A stretch of DNA of 64,000 nt from the human T2T-CHM13v2.0 reference genome, Homo sapiens. The stretch lies in the NCBI RefSeq assembly GCF_009914755.1, contig NC_060934.1; one strand, given 5' to 3'. Position 1 is the stretch's first letter. Each line of letters opens with the position of its first letter. The translations under genes and the position numbers were made by a program. Of the stretch, positions 1-13,504 are shown piece after piece. The notes under the pieces are model-generated. The model saw only the letters and a list, made by a program, of their open reading frames with translations, was not told the DNA's origin and searched no databases.

Positions 1-104
1 AAGCTGGAAACCACAAGTCTCTTCCTTTTATCAACTGTATTCCATCAGTTATCTATTAATTTAATCACCTAGAGGAACTAGTAGTTATTGATTACTTATT
101 TAAT

Positions 105-358
105 AATATTTTGAGGTCTCATTCATTCTTTCTAATTATTTTTTGTACCCATTTGCAATCCCCGCTCCCTCCTCTCACCACTCCCCTTCCCAGCCTCTGG
201 TAACCATCCTTCTACTCTCTATCTCCATGAGTTCAATTGTTTTAATTTTTAGCTCCCACCAATAAGTGAGAACATGCAAAGTTTGTCTTTCTGTGCCTGG
301 CTTGTTTCACTTCACAGAGTGTCCTCCAGTGCCATCCATGTTGCAAATGATAGGATGT
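105..358 (-). mobile_element. L1MA-type 3' UTR fragment
   Basis: CCCTTCCCAGCCTCTGGTAACCATCCTTCTACTCTCT...GTGAGAACATGC hallmark of the L1 3' end. Confidence 0.8.
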
Positions 359-1343
359 CCAGGCTGTTCTTTGTAGATCTGGTCCTGTCACCTCCCATGC
401 ATGGCGTGCTCCTTCCATCCCAGATCAGGCTTCCTCCTGTAATCTTGGGCAACTATAGACATTGCTTTCTCAATGCTTTCTCATTGCTTTCTCTGACTCC
501 CCATCTCCTCTTGGCTGTGTAGAGAGCCCCACTCCACGTTCCTAACTCAGCTGAAAAAGCCTCTGCCTCTGTCTCCATGCTTTGTGCTTGTGCTTCACTA
601 TGGTTCTGATCACACTGCAAGCGCCAGCTACTCTCTGAGGTCAAGATACCCCTGGACCCCCAGCTTACGAGGACTCTGATATATGGAATATGAAGAAATA
701 GTAAGAATTACAAAAACATGGTGTCATTTGAATGCTTACATCACACACACCCACACACACACAGTCCCAGACACAGAGGGAGTATGCTGATATATGAACA
801 AATGACTTGTATGAATGAATGAATGGATGTGCCTTACCATGTGGAACAAAGAGCACTCCCTTGAAAAATGGACAGAATGTAGATCACACAAAAGCTGTCT
901 TTAATTGCTTGATATCTGTGGCATTTCTGCTAAGGGACCAGTTAACTGGAACGTTTTTACTTATCAAGGAAATAAAAAGGAGATTGCTATAAGACCTCAT
1001 TTCACAGGAGCAACTGTGGCCACGAAGCCCATGTGTAGGTTTTCCTCACCTGCTCTCGAGAGCTGGCTTGAGGGCTCTGAGCTACCTGCTCCCGTGTGAG
1101 CATCACAATCTTTGGTTCTAAAAGGCACAGGGCCAAAGAGGGGAGAAATGGACAAGCTGTCAGGAGGCTGTGGCACTGTTATTGGCTTTACTGTTAGTTC
1201 GTCTTTCTTTATATGTTTGGAATATAGGCATATCATTATATACATTTAGCATATAAAGCAACTTATGTTTTACTTTCCTGAATATAAAAGTCATATGAAC
1301 ACGTTACAGAAAAATGAGATAGTATAGATAAGTATAAAAATGG

Positions 1344-1502
1344 GGCCAGGTGCGGTGGCTCACACCTGTAATCCTAGCAATTTAGGAAGCTGTGGCTAGA
1401 GATTCGCTTGAGCCCAGGAGTCAGACACTGCACTGAGCTATGATCGCACCTCTGCACTCCAACTTGGGCAAGGGAGCTAGACCCTGTCTCTAAAAAAAAA
1501 AA
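1344..1502 (+). mobile_element. Alu monomer (FRAM/FAM-like)
   Basis: Single arm with A tail. Confidence 0.8.
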
Positions 1503-1561
1503 TGAAGTAAAAATGGAAAATTACTCAGGAAATGAGGACTAACAGTGACTTGTATGAATTA

Positions 1562-1907
<346 letters not shown>

Positions 1908-2864
1908 TTAAATCACTTCAAGGCAAATTCCTCAGAAAACATCTGTGGAAATAGCAACATAATCGTTTTTGGCATTTGTACACTTCATTTGAGTTCTGAA
2001 TATCCTGGGTAGCTTCACTAACACTATTAAAGAAGTTACATTCTTTTAAATGTAATGTGTTATACATTTATTGTTAGAATAAAAAAATTGGAATAATTGT
2101 TTTCTTTCTTTTACTTTCTGTCCTTTTTTATTTTAAAACTACAAGTTCATTTCAAAGTGAAGTATTCTAACTCATATAAATAGAGAACACAGAATAAAAG
2201 ACTATTTCATTCTAGGGCTAGGCAACAAAATGGCATGACCTTTGTCCTAAGAGTTTGATTTTCAGTAAAATTTCTTTATAAAGTTTTCTAGCAACCAAGT
2301 GTTTGGAACATTAAAATGTGGGAAAATTTTACTTGAGGGCAACACTGCTTTCTAGGATATGGTCCAAGACATTTAAAATGAATGTTGAATAAGGCCTTTT
2401 ATAGTAAGTTTCACTGAGTACTGCGAGATCCACACCAAAGTCCCCCAGGGCCTGGGGCTACATCATACTCTCGTATCCCCACCATTGCAGCAGATACATT
2501 TTTGTTGCGTTGCGTTGCGTTGAATTGAACATGTCATGCCCTCTGTCTTTTACGGAATAAAGAACTAGAAGACTACCACATTGTATTTCAAGGCAATATT
2601 TTTATCCAGCATGTTTCTTTACATATTTTGATATTTTTCATAACCTCAAGCAAGAAGAAATACATCATCCAGCAGACACAGTGTCCAGTTTCTTCATGAA
2701 GACTGTGGGCACAGCCAGGGCTTGAAGACAGTGAGCCCTAGAATGGTCCAGGTGCTACTGTACACCTCACTGGATCTCAGACCTAATTCTGCTCTGATCT
2801 TGGTAACTGAAACCGGATGTGGAAACAGGGAATGAGCACTTGGAGGTAACCTCTCCAGAGGGTA

Positions 2865-3092
2865 TTTGGAGATTCTTGCAGGGGAGCACAGCTACTCATA
2901 TACCCTTGACTGAAGGCCAGTCCTCCTCTATCACAGATGGTTGTCCTCTTCAACCGAGCACGCAGCTTTGGGAGAGACACACATGGAGCAGTGAGGGAGG
3001 AAGGAGACACCTACCTAGCCAGCCCGATCAGCCTGATCAACCCTAGCGATCAATGGGGTGACTGATGCCACAGCCAGATAGCCCTCACATCC
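2865..3092 (-). pseudogene. 7SK snRNA retrocopy, 3'-truncated (about nt 1-228 of 7SK)
   Basis: Reverse complement reads GGATGTGAGGGCTATCTGGCTGTGGCATCAGTCACCCCATTGATCG...GAGTAGCTGTGCTCCCCTGCAAGAATCTCCAAA. It is collinear with recalled RN7SK, roughly 85-90% identical by eye, with many changes at CpGs. Confidence 0.95.
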
Positions 3093-3292
3093 CCCTTTTC
3101 CAAATAGCCCATTTGATTCCAGCCACCTCAAGAAAACCAGAAGACCTCTGGCTGGGGTGAGAATGCAGGATGGAGGTCAGTTGTTCTAAATGTAAAGTCT
3201 CATCCTAGGAAGATCAGCTCTAAACAAGGCATCCAACCTTTCTGAGCCTCCGTTACCTTCTGTGTTAAGTGGAGATAAGAATAATTACCTCA

Positions 3293-3569
3293 GGCCAGGT
3301 GCAGTGGCTCATGCCAGCAATCCTAGCATTTTGGGAGATTGATTGAGGCCAGGAGCTCAAAACCTTCCTGGGCAACACAGTAAGACTCCCATCTCAACAA
3401 AAAGCCAAAAAACACCCAGGCGTGGTGGTGTGTGTCTATATTCCCAGTTACTTGGGAGACTGAGATAGGAGGATTGCCTGAGTACAGCAATTCAAGGCTG
3501 CAGTGAGTCATGATTGTGTCATTGCACTCCAGCCTGAGCAACACAGTGAGACTTTCATCTCAAAAAAAA
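3293..3569 (+). mobile_element. AluJ
   Basis: Diverged dimer with A tail. Confidence 0.88.
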
Positions 3570-4097
3570 GGGGACTATCTAACTCAAAGGTAAGAAAGAG
3601 ATATTGTAGAACTTTTAATACATATGTGGCTATAAGCTATCTTTTTATTTAAAAAATATCCATTACCCCTTATCTCATGGTCCAGCTTTCATTTAGTTGT
3701 TTGCAAGTCAGCTTCCTTTACTAGGCTATGGATCCTTTTAAGGATGAGAATTGTATATAGCCTTTTTTGTCCCCCTAATTCACAGGATCTAGCAGAATCA
3801 CTGATGCAGAGAGTATCAGCAAATGCTAGCTGAATGGATGAATTTTAAAATATTGCATATATATTTTTAATTTGTATAGCTTTGTATAGGAAAAAAATCC
3901 CCTTGTTCGAATAGTTAAAGACAAATATGCTATACCTGGCAATAAGTTTAGATTTCAAATGTTCTCATTCCAGATTTTACCCTCTACATTGAGAAAGGCC
4001 ATTTAGCTTTATCTCACCTCCTACTGAAATTTCATGACGCCCTTAGCACCTCAGTAATTAGGTGGGGGTCTAATCTAGCAGTGTAGAGCCTTTCTCA

Positions 4098-4455
<358 letters not shown>

Positions 4456-5864
4456 ATTTTTCCAATAACCTGAACAATGGTGGAAGCTGAAGATTCAGCA
4501 AATTAAGAACAATCAGAATCTTGACAGCTCACACATATTTTAAGAACTAGGGGAAGAAGACAGCTTTGGTTGAGGAAAGAACATTGCATTGAAAACCAGG
4601 AAACCTAAGATTGAATTCTCGTTTTAAAAGCTGGCCAACCACAAGTAAGTCATCTAACAACTGATAGATTTTTGTCTCATTTCATGTATAATGGAGGTAA
4701 GGAGACTTACTTCAAACTGCTGCTGGACAATTAAGATAATGCACATGAAAATACAGTGTATGATCTTAGTAAACATCATAATCAATGTTGAGTGTGAGTG
4801 AATCACTAAAAACCCAGAATTTTAGGCTGTCACTATAAGAGCAAGCATTCTTCTCCCTTCAGGAATATGTAATTATAGATCCATCTAGCTTTAATAAAAC
4901 CCAGCATACAAAAATACAAGCCTACAAAATAATGCAAGCCCACTTATTTCACTATAAAAAGATACTTAATAAAATGGACCACCACTGGATTTCATTAAAT
5001 AAAAGCTGAACTTGAGGCAATTAAAACTCAATACAATTTACAAAAATAGTGATTACTCATGACTTTTCAGATTAAAACAAATCAAAAAGAAAATTTAAAA
5101 AAAATTACCAAATCAGGCACCCTGATCTCCATCTTCCTGCTAAGGAGACAGATGCCTAGAGAGTTAGGTAATTTTTTTTTTTTTTTTGCAACCTCCACCT
5201 CCCAGGCTCAAGTGATCTTCCCACCTTAGCATCCCCAGCAGCTAAGTACTTTTTTTCAAGACTGCTTAAGGACTGTACACCTATTTCTTTATCGAATTCC
5301 GATTAAAATGTGCTGACCTCAAAAATAAAAACAGTGATAGTTAGAATTACTTGTTTAAAAAAATCAGCTCTTTCGAGGTATAATTTACATATGCCATTTT
5401 TGAGAATATAATTCAATGAGTTATGATGAATGCACAGTCATCTATCATTACAGTCATGATGTAGAATAATTCCATCACCCCCAAAAGCTCCCTTGAGCCC
5501 CTTTTTAATTGCTTTCTTCCTCTCCACTTATAGCCTCTGGCAAACACAGTTCTGCTTTCTGTTATGAAAGTTTTTGAACTGTTATGAAGTTCATTTAAAT
5601 GGAATCATACAGCATATATCCTTTCAAGTGTGGCTCTTTTACTGAACACAGTGCACTTGAGATTCTCCTGTGTTGCTGCTGGCATTCCTTGCATGCAGTC
5701 CGTTGCTTTGTATTGCTGAGTAGTACACCATTCATGGACGTACCACAGTTTTTTCATTCCTTCATCAGTTTGTGGACATTTGAATTGTTTTTAGTTTGAG
5801 TTATTACAAATAAAGTTGCTATGAATATTTGCATACCAGCCTTTGTATAAAAAGTGTTTTCATG

Positions 5865-6170
5865 GGCCAGGCATGGTGGCTCATACCTGTAATCCCAGCA
5901 CTTTGGGAGGCCCAGGCAGGTGGATCACGAGGTCAGGAGATTGAGACCATCCTGGCTAACATGGTGAAACCCTGTCTCTACTAAAAATACAAAAAATTAG
6001 CCGGGTATGGTGGCACATGCTTGTGGTCCCAGCTATTCAGGAGGCTGAGGCAGGAGAATCACTTGAACCCAGGAGGCGGAGTTTGCAGTGAGCCAAGATC
6101 ACGTCACCGCACTCCAGCCTGGGTGACAGAGCAAGACTCCATCTCAAAAAAAACAAAACAAACAAACAAA
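5865..6170 (+). mobile_element. AluSc-like
   Basis: GATCACGAGGTCAGGAGAT diagnostic; TSD ...TGTTTTCAT. Confidence 0.9.
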
Positions 6171-6224
6171 AACCTGTTTTCATTTCATTTGGATAAATAC
6201 ATAGGAGAGTATGATTGTAGATCA

Positions 6225-6660
<436 letters not shown>

Positions 6661-6964
6661 TTACTTCCTCAACCAACAACTGTTCCTATCTGACTTCCTG
6701 GTTATAGGCATCCTCTGGGTGTGAGGCGGTATCTCTTTGTGGTTTGATTTGTATTTCCCTGATGACTAATGATATTGAAAATCTTCCCATGTTCTCACAG
6801 GCCATTTATATGTCATTTTTGGTAGAGTGTCATTCAAATCCTTTGCCTGTTTTGAAAATATTGGGCTGTGTTCTTACAGATGTACTGTAAGAACTCTTTA
6901 TATATCTGGATATAAGATCTTTATCAGACATACGTTTTGCAAATATTTTCTCCCAATCAGTCTC

Positions 6965-7230
6965 CCAAACTTTGAAGTCATCCTTAACACCACTCATTCT
7001 CTTTTACCTCATATCCAATCCTCGTGGCTGTAGCTTAAAATGTATCCAGAATCTGACATTTCTCACCATCTCCACTCACCCACCGTGATCCATCAGCTCT
7101 CACCTGGATTACTGCAGTCACCTCTGAACTGGCCTTGCTTCTACCTCCCATCCTAAACATGGCATCCTGAGTGAGCCTTTTAACCCTTAAATCATATCAT
7201 GTCGCCTTTCCACTCAAAAACTTCCAAAGC
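6965..7230 (+). mobile_element. L2 fragment
   Basis: AAAATGTATCCAGAATCTGAC, CTCTCACCTGGATTACTGC. Confidence 0.7.
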
Positions 7231-9232
7231 CGTCCCTTTACTAAGTCAAAAACTACAGACACTTACAGAAATAGAGAAAATTCCACTTACAATTTTTCGA
7301 AATCAGATTTGACAATCCAGTTTAATGAAATCTTTTCACCAAATAAAATACAATGGATTTCAAGTATGGCAACTAAAAGTTTTAAGTCCATCGGCCATTG
7401 AAATGGCAGCCACTTTATGGAGAAAACACGAACTTCACTAGGGCTGCCCAGCTTTCACAGCAAAGTCACTGAGCAGAATAATTCAATGCCAAAGCTGAGA
7501 TAACCTTGTAATTAGCTTCCCCATGTTGGTTCACTTAGGTTAGCTATCATTTTGGAAGGTGTAATATTGTCAAGGAATAACGTCAGGCAGTCTTGAGGTT
7601 CTTACTGTTCTTTTAGCTGACCCTTTGGGTAACTGCATCTGTATTTATTAGGTTTATAAGATGATTCATTGCACAGTTTTAAATTGCAAGAAAGTTCTCT
7701 ATTGGGTATTAGTGACATGCTTCTTACTGTAATTCCTAACACTGTAACCTATTTCAGGCCCAAACTGACAATTTCTTTGTCCCAGAGAATTGGTTAAGTA
7801 AATTTCCACCATGATCATGACAACAAAGAGGTTAGAATCAAGTTAAGCTTAATATCTCTTATCTCAGTATTTAGAAATTGTCATCTCTGCCAGAAATAAT
7901 CCTTTCAAGTTAATCTCAGTGATTTTTCAATGCCCCTATTACAATGTATTCTCACTCAGATTATATAGTCAGAAACTAATAAAGATAAGGCCACTTTGGC
8001 AATGATTTTAAAGCAAACTTTAGAATCCATTTACCTCTAATGGGGACTAGAACTTATATAAGTAAAGGTCAGGAAACACACAAAGCAGTTGTAGATTCAA
8101 GATGCACAAACAAATCTTTGAGTCTTATGTGGAGAAACAGGATTTGTATGGTTATTTTTAAATGGGGTTTGGAGATTTTTAAATTCAGGGACTGATGAAA
8201 TTTTATTTTCCCTCTGGGGAAATTGCTTGACTTCTGGGAAATATCCACTTTGTCTAATTTTTTGTACATTGATAAACTGAATGACCATGAACTCTAGTAG
8301 GAAAAGTGAAATCCAAAACTAACACTGCCCTATGAATTTCTTGGCCAAAGTGCTTTCATGCCATCAAGTTTCACAGTCAAATCAGATAGAAAATAAATAA
8401 TAAATCATAGAACCAAGACTCAAAATCATATATTTAAATAAGAAAATGTAGTTAATCATAGCCACAAGTAAACATTGTTTTAGGACACAGAATCCATTTG
8501 CTAAATATCTAAATATTTTATTCAAGAGTGAGGAATGTGACTATTTCTACTAGAAGTATTCCAATTTGGTCTGAGTTACTATGAAAATAAAAAGAGAGTC
8601 ATAGTGTACTCTCAAAAAATTATTTCTTAGGCATTTGCTATCTGCTTTCTATTTTGTGAACTAGGGAGAATAAAGCCAACACCCATGTGTACTGAGAGCT
8701 CTAATGTAAAAATACGTAAGGTTGAGAAGAAAAACACAGAAGAAAGGTGAGCTTAAGGCCATTTTGTGCCTCACAAAGATGTACTTCTTGGCATCTGGCA
8801 CACTCTCAGGCAGCAAGGTGAACTTTTTTGCCCTCAGCATCCCATGGGTGTGATATTATCTTAACCTTATACATGCTACGATCTGGTTTGAAGGGCAGAG
8901 TTTAAGAGAAGTCAGTGAGATTTATTTTGGAATATATCAAGAAAATAAGGCCTTGAGACCTCTGCTCTGTTTCTTCCAAGGTCTAGGCCATAATAAATGC
9001 CTTTTAAAGAACTTTATTAAAACTACAGCTCTAGCCAACTCCTTCTCTGACTAGGTTCATGTCAACAAATGCTTCATCTTTCTCACATTAAAACAAGTAG
9101 CTTCTACCTCAGGCCTAGCTAAGATGTAAGAATAATCAAAGTTGTCACTTGCTGGTCACCTGTTTGGATGATACAGTTCTAGGGGCCTTCCATATGCCAT
9201 CCAATTATTACTCATAAAAAAATCTTCTCATA

Positions 9233-9384
9233 GGGGTCAAGGGTTGAAAAACTACCTACTGGGTACTATGCTAACTACCTGGGTGATGGGTGCAATCGAA
9301 CCCTAAACCTCAGCCTCATGCAATATACCCATGTAACAAACCTACACATGCACCCCTTGCATTTAATATGAAAGTTGAAAAAAA
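9233..9384 (+). mobile_element. Short L1PB/old L1PA 3' end
   Basis: GGGTTGAAAAACTACCT...ATGTAACAAACCTACACATG with A tail. Confidence 0.82.
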
Positions 9385-9869
9385 CAATCTCATGAGACAC
9401 ACATGGCTAGCCTTATTTTATAGAAGAGAACACTAAGATTCAGAAAGGTTCAGTAACTTGGTATCAAAAATTAGCATGTGATATTGGAATTTGCACCAGA
9501 TGCGTCTTTATTCTAAAGTTTGTGTTTATGGTTTCCATATTCTCTTCATTATGCTTGCCTTTTCAAAGACTCCTGACATTTGGACAGGGAAATGGGTCCT
9601 CTAGCTTCCTTTAATGTGCTTCCAAATAAATAACAGCTCCAAAAGGCATAACTGCTTGACTTAAATGGTAAAATCAGAGCTTCTTATGTTCCTTTTCATG
9701 ACCATTTCTCACATTTGGCTTCCATATCCCTATAGGCAATGTTGGAATTGTGCCCACTCCCTAGGCAAGGGGTCATTTCACTGTTTCACTCCACTTCCCA
9801 TAACTGGGTGTCCAGAGAGGCTGCTACTGCTGACACATCATCCTTGGCTGAACCTGACTGGTTCTTTGT

Positions 9870-11090
9870 TCTTAAAGACACTTGAGCCCTTATCAAGGTC
9901 AACAACAGTATCCATCTTGCTAACTATGGTGGTCAACATTCAGTCTTCTTACTTGTTCTATTAACTGCATTCAGTGGCTGATTAGCCCTTGCTTCACTCA
10001 GCTTCCAGGACATGATTCCCTGGTTGCTCCTCCTCAGACTGCTTTACTAGTTTCTTCTTGTCCTCCCAGCTTCCAAATAGTGGGAAGCTCCAGGTATCAG
10101 TCCTTAGAGCTCTTCTCTATCCACCTTCACTCCCTGGATGACCCATTCTTCAGCACGGCTTTAAATCCCTTCTATACATTGACCACGTTTAAACAAACAT
10201 CTTAATCCTCTGCCTCTCTTCCCTGAACTCCAGACTGGTATATCCAACTGCCTGCTTATCTTGGATGTTTAGGAGGAAAAATATTCCAAAACCACACCCC
10301 TGGTTTCCTTTCCAAAGCTCCTCTTTTCACAATCTTCCCCATTTTAGTAAATGGCAACTCAGTTTATACACTTGCTCAGGCCAGAAACCTTACAGCCATG
10401 TCAATGCCCACTAATGTAAAATTCATCAGCACGTATGGGTGATGGCTTTGTCTTTACCTATAAGATATATACAGAAATCCAAATACTGCTCACCAGCTCC
10501 TCTGTGACCATCCAGGTTCCAGCTATCGTTATCTCTCACTGCAATTACTGCAATATCTTTTCAGCCATCTCCCTGCTCAACCTTTACCCCTTTCATTCTA
10601 TTCTCAGCACCACACACAGACTTATTCTTTAAAATATAAGTCAGATAATGACATTCTGCTCAAAACCCAGTGAAATCTTCCTACTTACTCAGAGAAAAAG
10701 GCTAACTCCATACAGTGGCCTGACAGAATCTACAAGATTTCACCTCTCATTATTTCTCCAAGTCACCTCTGACTAATTTCTTCTCACTCTTCTCTGGCCT
10801 CCTTTGCTTTTCTTCAAATGTGTCAAGCACATTGCCACCTAAGGGCCATTGCACTTGCTGCTTCCTCTTCCTGGGACTGACTTCCCCTGTCTGCATGGGG
10901 AGCCTTTGTTTCTTTCAAGTCTCTGCTTCAATGGCGCTACTTACACCTTCTCTGACCACTCCCCACAACCCCTCCAGCCTACTCTGTCTCTTTTTCTCCA
11001 CAGCATTTTCCACTTTTTGGCATATTTCTTCTTTTCTCGTTTTGTTTTATTTTCAATTTCCTGTCTGTTTTACCTAGAATGTAAAATCCT
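9870..11090 (+). mobile_element. L2 fragment
   Basis: CCCTGAACTCCAGACT, TATATCCAACTGCCT and GTAAATGGCAACTC L2 motifs. Confidence 0.75.
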
Positions 11091-11329
11091 GACATACGAG
11101 TGTAACTATTTGGCGAGTGAATGGGCTATGCAATTTAGGGCTTGTTGGAACCCTCAATAACATCACCTCTTTCCCAACAAGGCTATCTCTTCCACCTAAA
11201 CTTTAGATTTTCCCTTACAGTCCAATTACCATATATGTGTATCTTCTCATTACCCTGTATGTAGATCCTCAGCTCAATGGTGTATTCGAGGATCCAGGCT
11301 CTGTCCCCTTCCCCTTTGCCATCCTCAGT

Positions 11330-11610
11330 AATTAGCTGCATTCATATGCTTGTCTTTTCAATGACCCAAGGAGATTGCCATAGTTCCAGGAGTCACTTAA
11401 AGACAAAATAACATTTTGCTAAAGAGAGCGAGATTTCCTCCCATAATCTACTTTTCATCAGGGAAGTAAACCATTCCCTCTGGGAGGACTCTCAGCAGTC
11501 TTCCCTTTACTGTGTCAAATGCCCCATTTTTTAACTGCAAGGGAGGCTGGGAAAGCAAGCCGCTGGTGTGAGCAGCCTCTGCAATGGGATGCAGAAAGTG
11601 TGGTGGGGGT
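11330..11610. mobile_element. Old MaLR (MLT1-like) LTR fragment
   Basis: CTGCAAGGGAGGCTGGGAAA motif. Confidence 0.5.
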
Positions 11611-12684
11611 AGGGATGGTTGTTGGATAGAAAAAGCAAGTGTGTCTGTTGCAGTACACATTTTTTTAACTTCCGAGAAATTTTTCTTCTCCTCTTATTTG
11701 TCTTCTCTTATTCTGTTACAGACTCTTGTTCTTACTTTAGAGATACCAAGATTTTATTCTGTCTCCATGGGAATGTTAAACATAATATTTTGATGTTTTC
11801 TTCTGTTCTCTGTTCTCGCTCTATTTTCTTGGGGTTCCTTTTTTAGGGTTTTTTAGTTTTATTTTGTTCTGTTTCATCTGGTGTTTCATGCTAGACACTG
11901 TGTTCCTTGCTTCTAAGTGAGACACCAAAAGAGCTGATGGGAAAGAGTTATGTGTCCATCAGGGGGCAGAGATTGATGACAGATGGATTTACTAGTGGAT
12001 TCCCATGGAGACAGATGTCCTTTTCAGTGGGGGAGTCCCAAATGCAATAGATGGAGGTCTTTTCTTTACAACCATTCAGTTTCCTCAAAGAACATTCACT
12101 GTCAAACCTCAGTGCCTCATTGGTGGGGGCTACGAGTGGTCACATGCCCGGCTGCTAAGGAAGAGAGCTGATGGTCTCAGAATCTCATATAAAAAGTTTA
12201 GCTGGATCTCCCCAGGCCTCTGTTTTACCTGGTGTCCGTGTTTTTGGTACTTTTTTGGTTCATTTTTTTCTGAAAAATTAATCTTCAGTTTCCTGCAATA
12301 GTGGTAGAAGGGGATGAGGCTGGGTGGGAGGGGAGGAGAGCTGTCACCTGACTTCCAACAATGGAAGTGGGGTGGAGGACCAGGGAGTCCCAATGATCTT
12401 CACAATGACATCATCTCATTGCCTGCTGTCCCTGACATTGCTGGAGCACTAAGTCTCTCAAGGCCTCATTTAACTGGGTTCTTCTTTGGTGTCATTCATT
12501 GCAGGCACTTGGGTCCAACTTATCTCCATGCCATTACATTCATGTTCTCTGGACCTGCTGTCTTCTCTCTTGTCCAGTTTGTCATATGAGGTCACTTTTA
12601 ACTATATCATATCATATCATATCATATTATATATATCCATGTCATTTTAGTGGAGAATGCAAATCAAATATGTGTGGTTAATAT

Positions 12685-12992
12685 CTTTTTTATTTTATTT
12701 TATTTTTATTTTAAGAAATGGGGTTTCACATTGTTGCTCAGGCTACAGTACCGTAAGGATTATAGCTCACCGCAGTCTTGAATTCCTGGGCTCATGGGAT
12801 CCTCCTGCCTCAGCCTCCCAAGGGCTGTGACTACAGATGCATACCACCATGCCTGGCTAATTTTTAGATTTTTGTAGAGACTAGGTCTCACTATGTTGCC
12901 CAGGCTGGTCTTGAATTCCTGGGCTCAAGCAATCCTCCCCACTCAGCCTCCCAAAGCTCTAGGGTTACAGGTGTGAGCCACTATGCCTGGTC
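12685..12992 (-). mobile_element. AluJ
   Basis: Reverse dimer with T-rich tail. Confidence 0.88.
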
Positions 12993-13504
12993 CAATCTGT
13001 CCTTTTTCAATAGACGTTCCAAGACATTAAAGATAATATAACTTCAAATCTGTCAGGGACCTTACAGATCTTGAAATCCAACCTCATCATTTTACAAATG
13101 AACAAAGGAAAACCCATAAAAATGAGTTCCTTGCCAAAGTGAACGGTGGTAATGGGGCCCTCCTTCTGGGAAGCAGTGTGGAAAGACTGTGGCCTCCATG
13201 CTCTTGAATCAGCCTGTGTAGTTTTACATCTTAGCCCCATTCTCGGCCAGCTCTATCTTAAACTGTCTGTGGATCACTTTCCTTACATGTAAAATGGGGA
13301 TAATAAATTACTTTACTTATCAGGTTGTGGTGGGCACTAATGAAATAATATTTATAAGGCACTTAAAATAGTACTTTCAATAGTAATCAATCAATATATT
13401 ATTATTAGTTTAAGTAAATCAAATTCAACTTTTAAAATCCTATACCTGGTACTAATAAACTAGAAAGATATCTTAGGATATATTAGAAATAAGTCTTTCT
13501 CTTA

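Noticed and set aside
2865-3092. Functional 7SK gene
   Set aside because: 3'-truncated, CpG-decayed, no U-tract terminator, and no evident PSE/TATA upstream
7235-7435. Segment resembling an ancient DNA-transposon or conserved element
   Set aside because: No family or terminal repeats could be identified; needs a Dfam search
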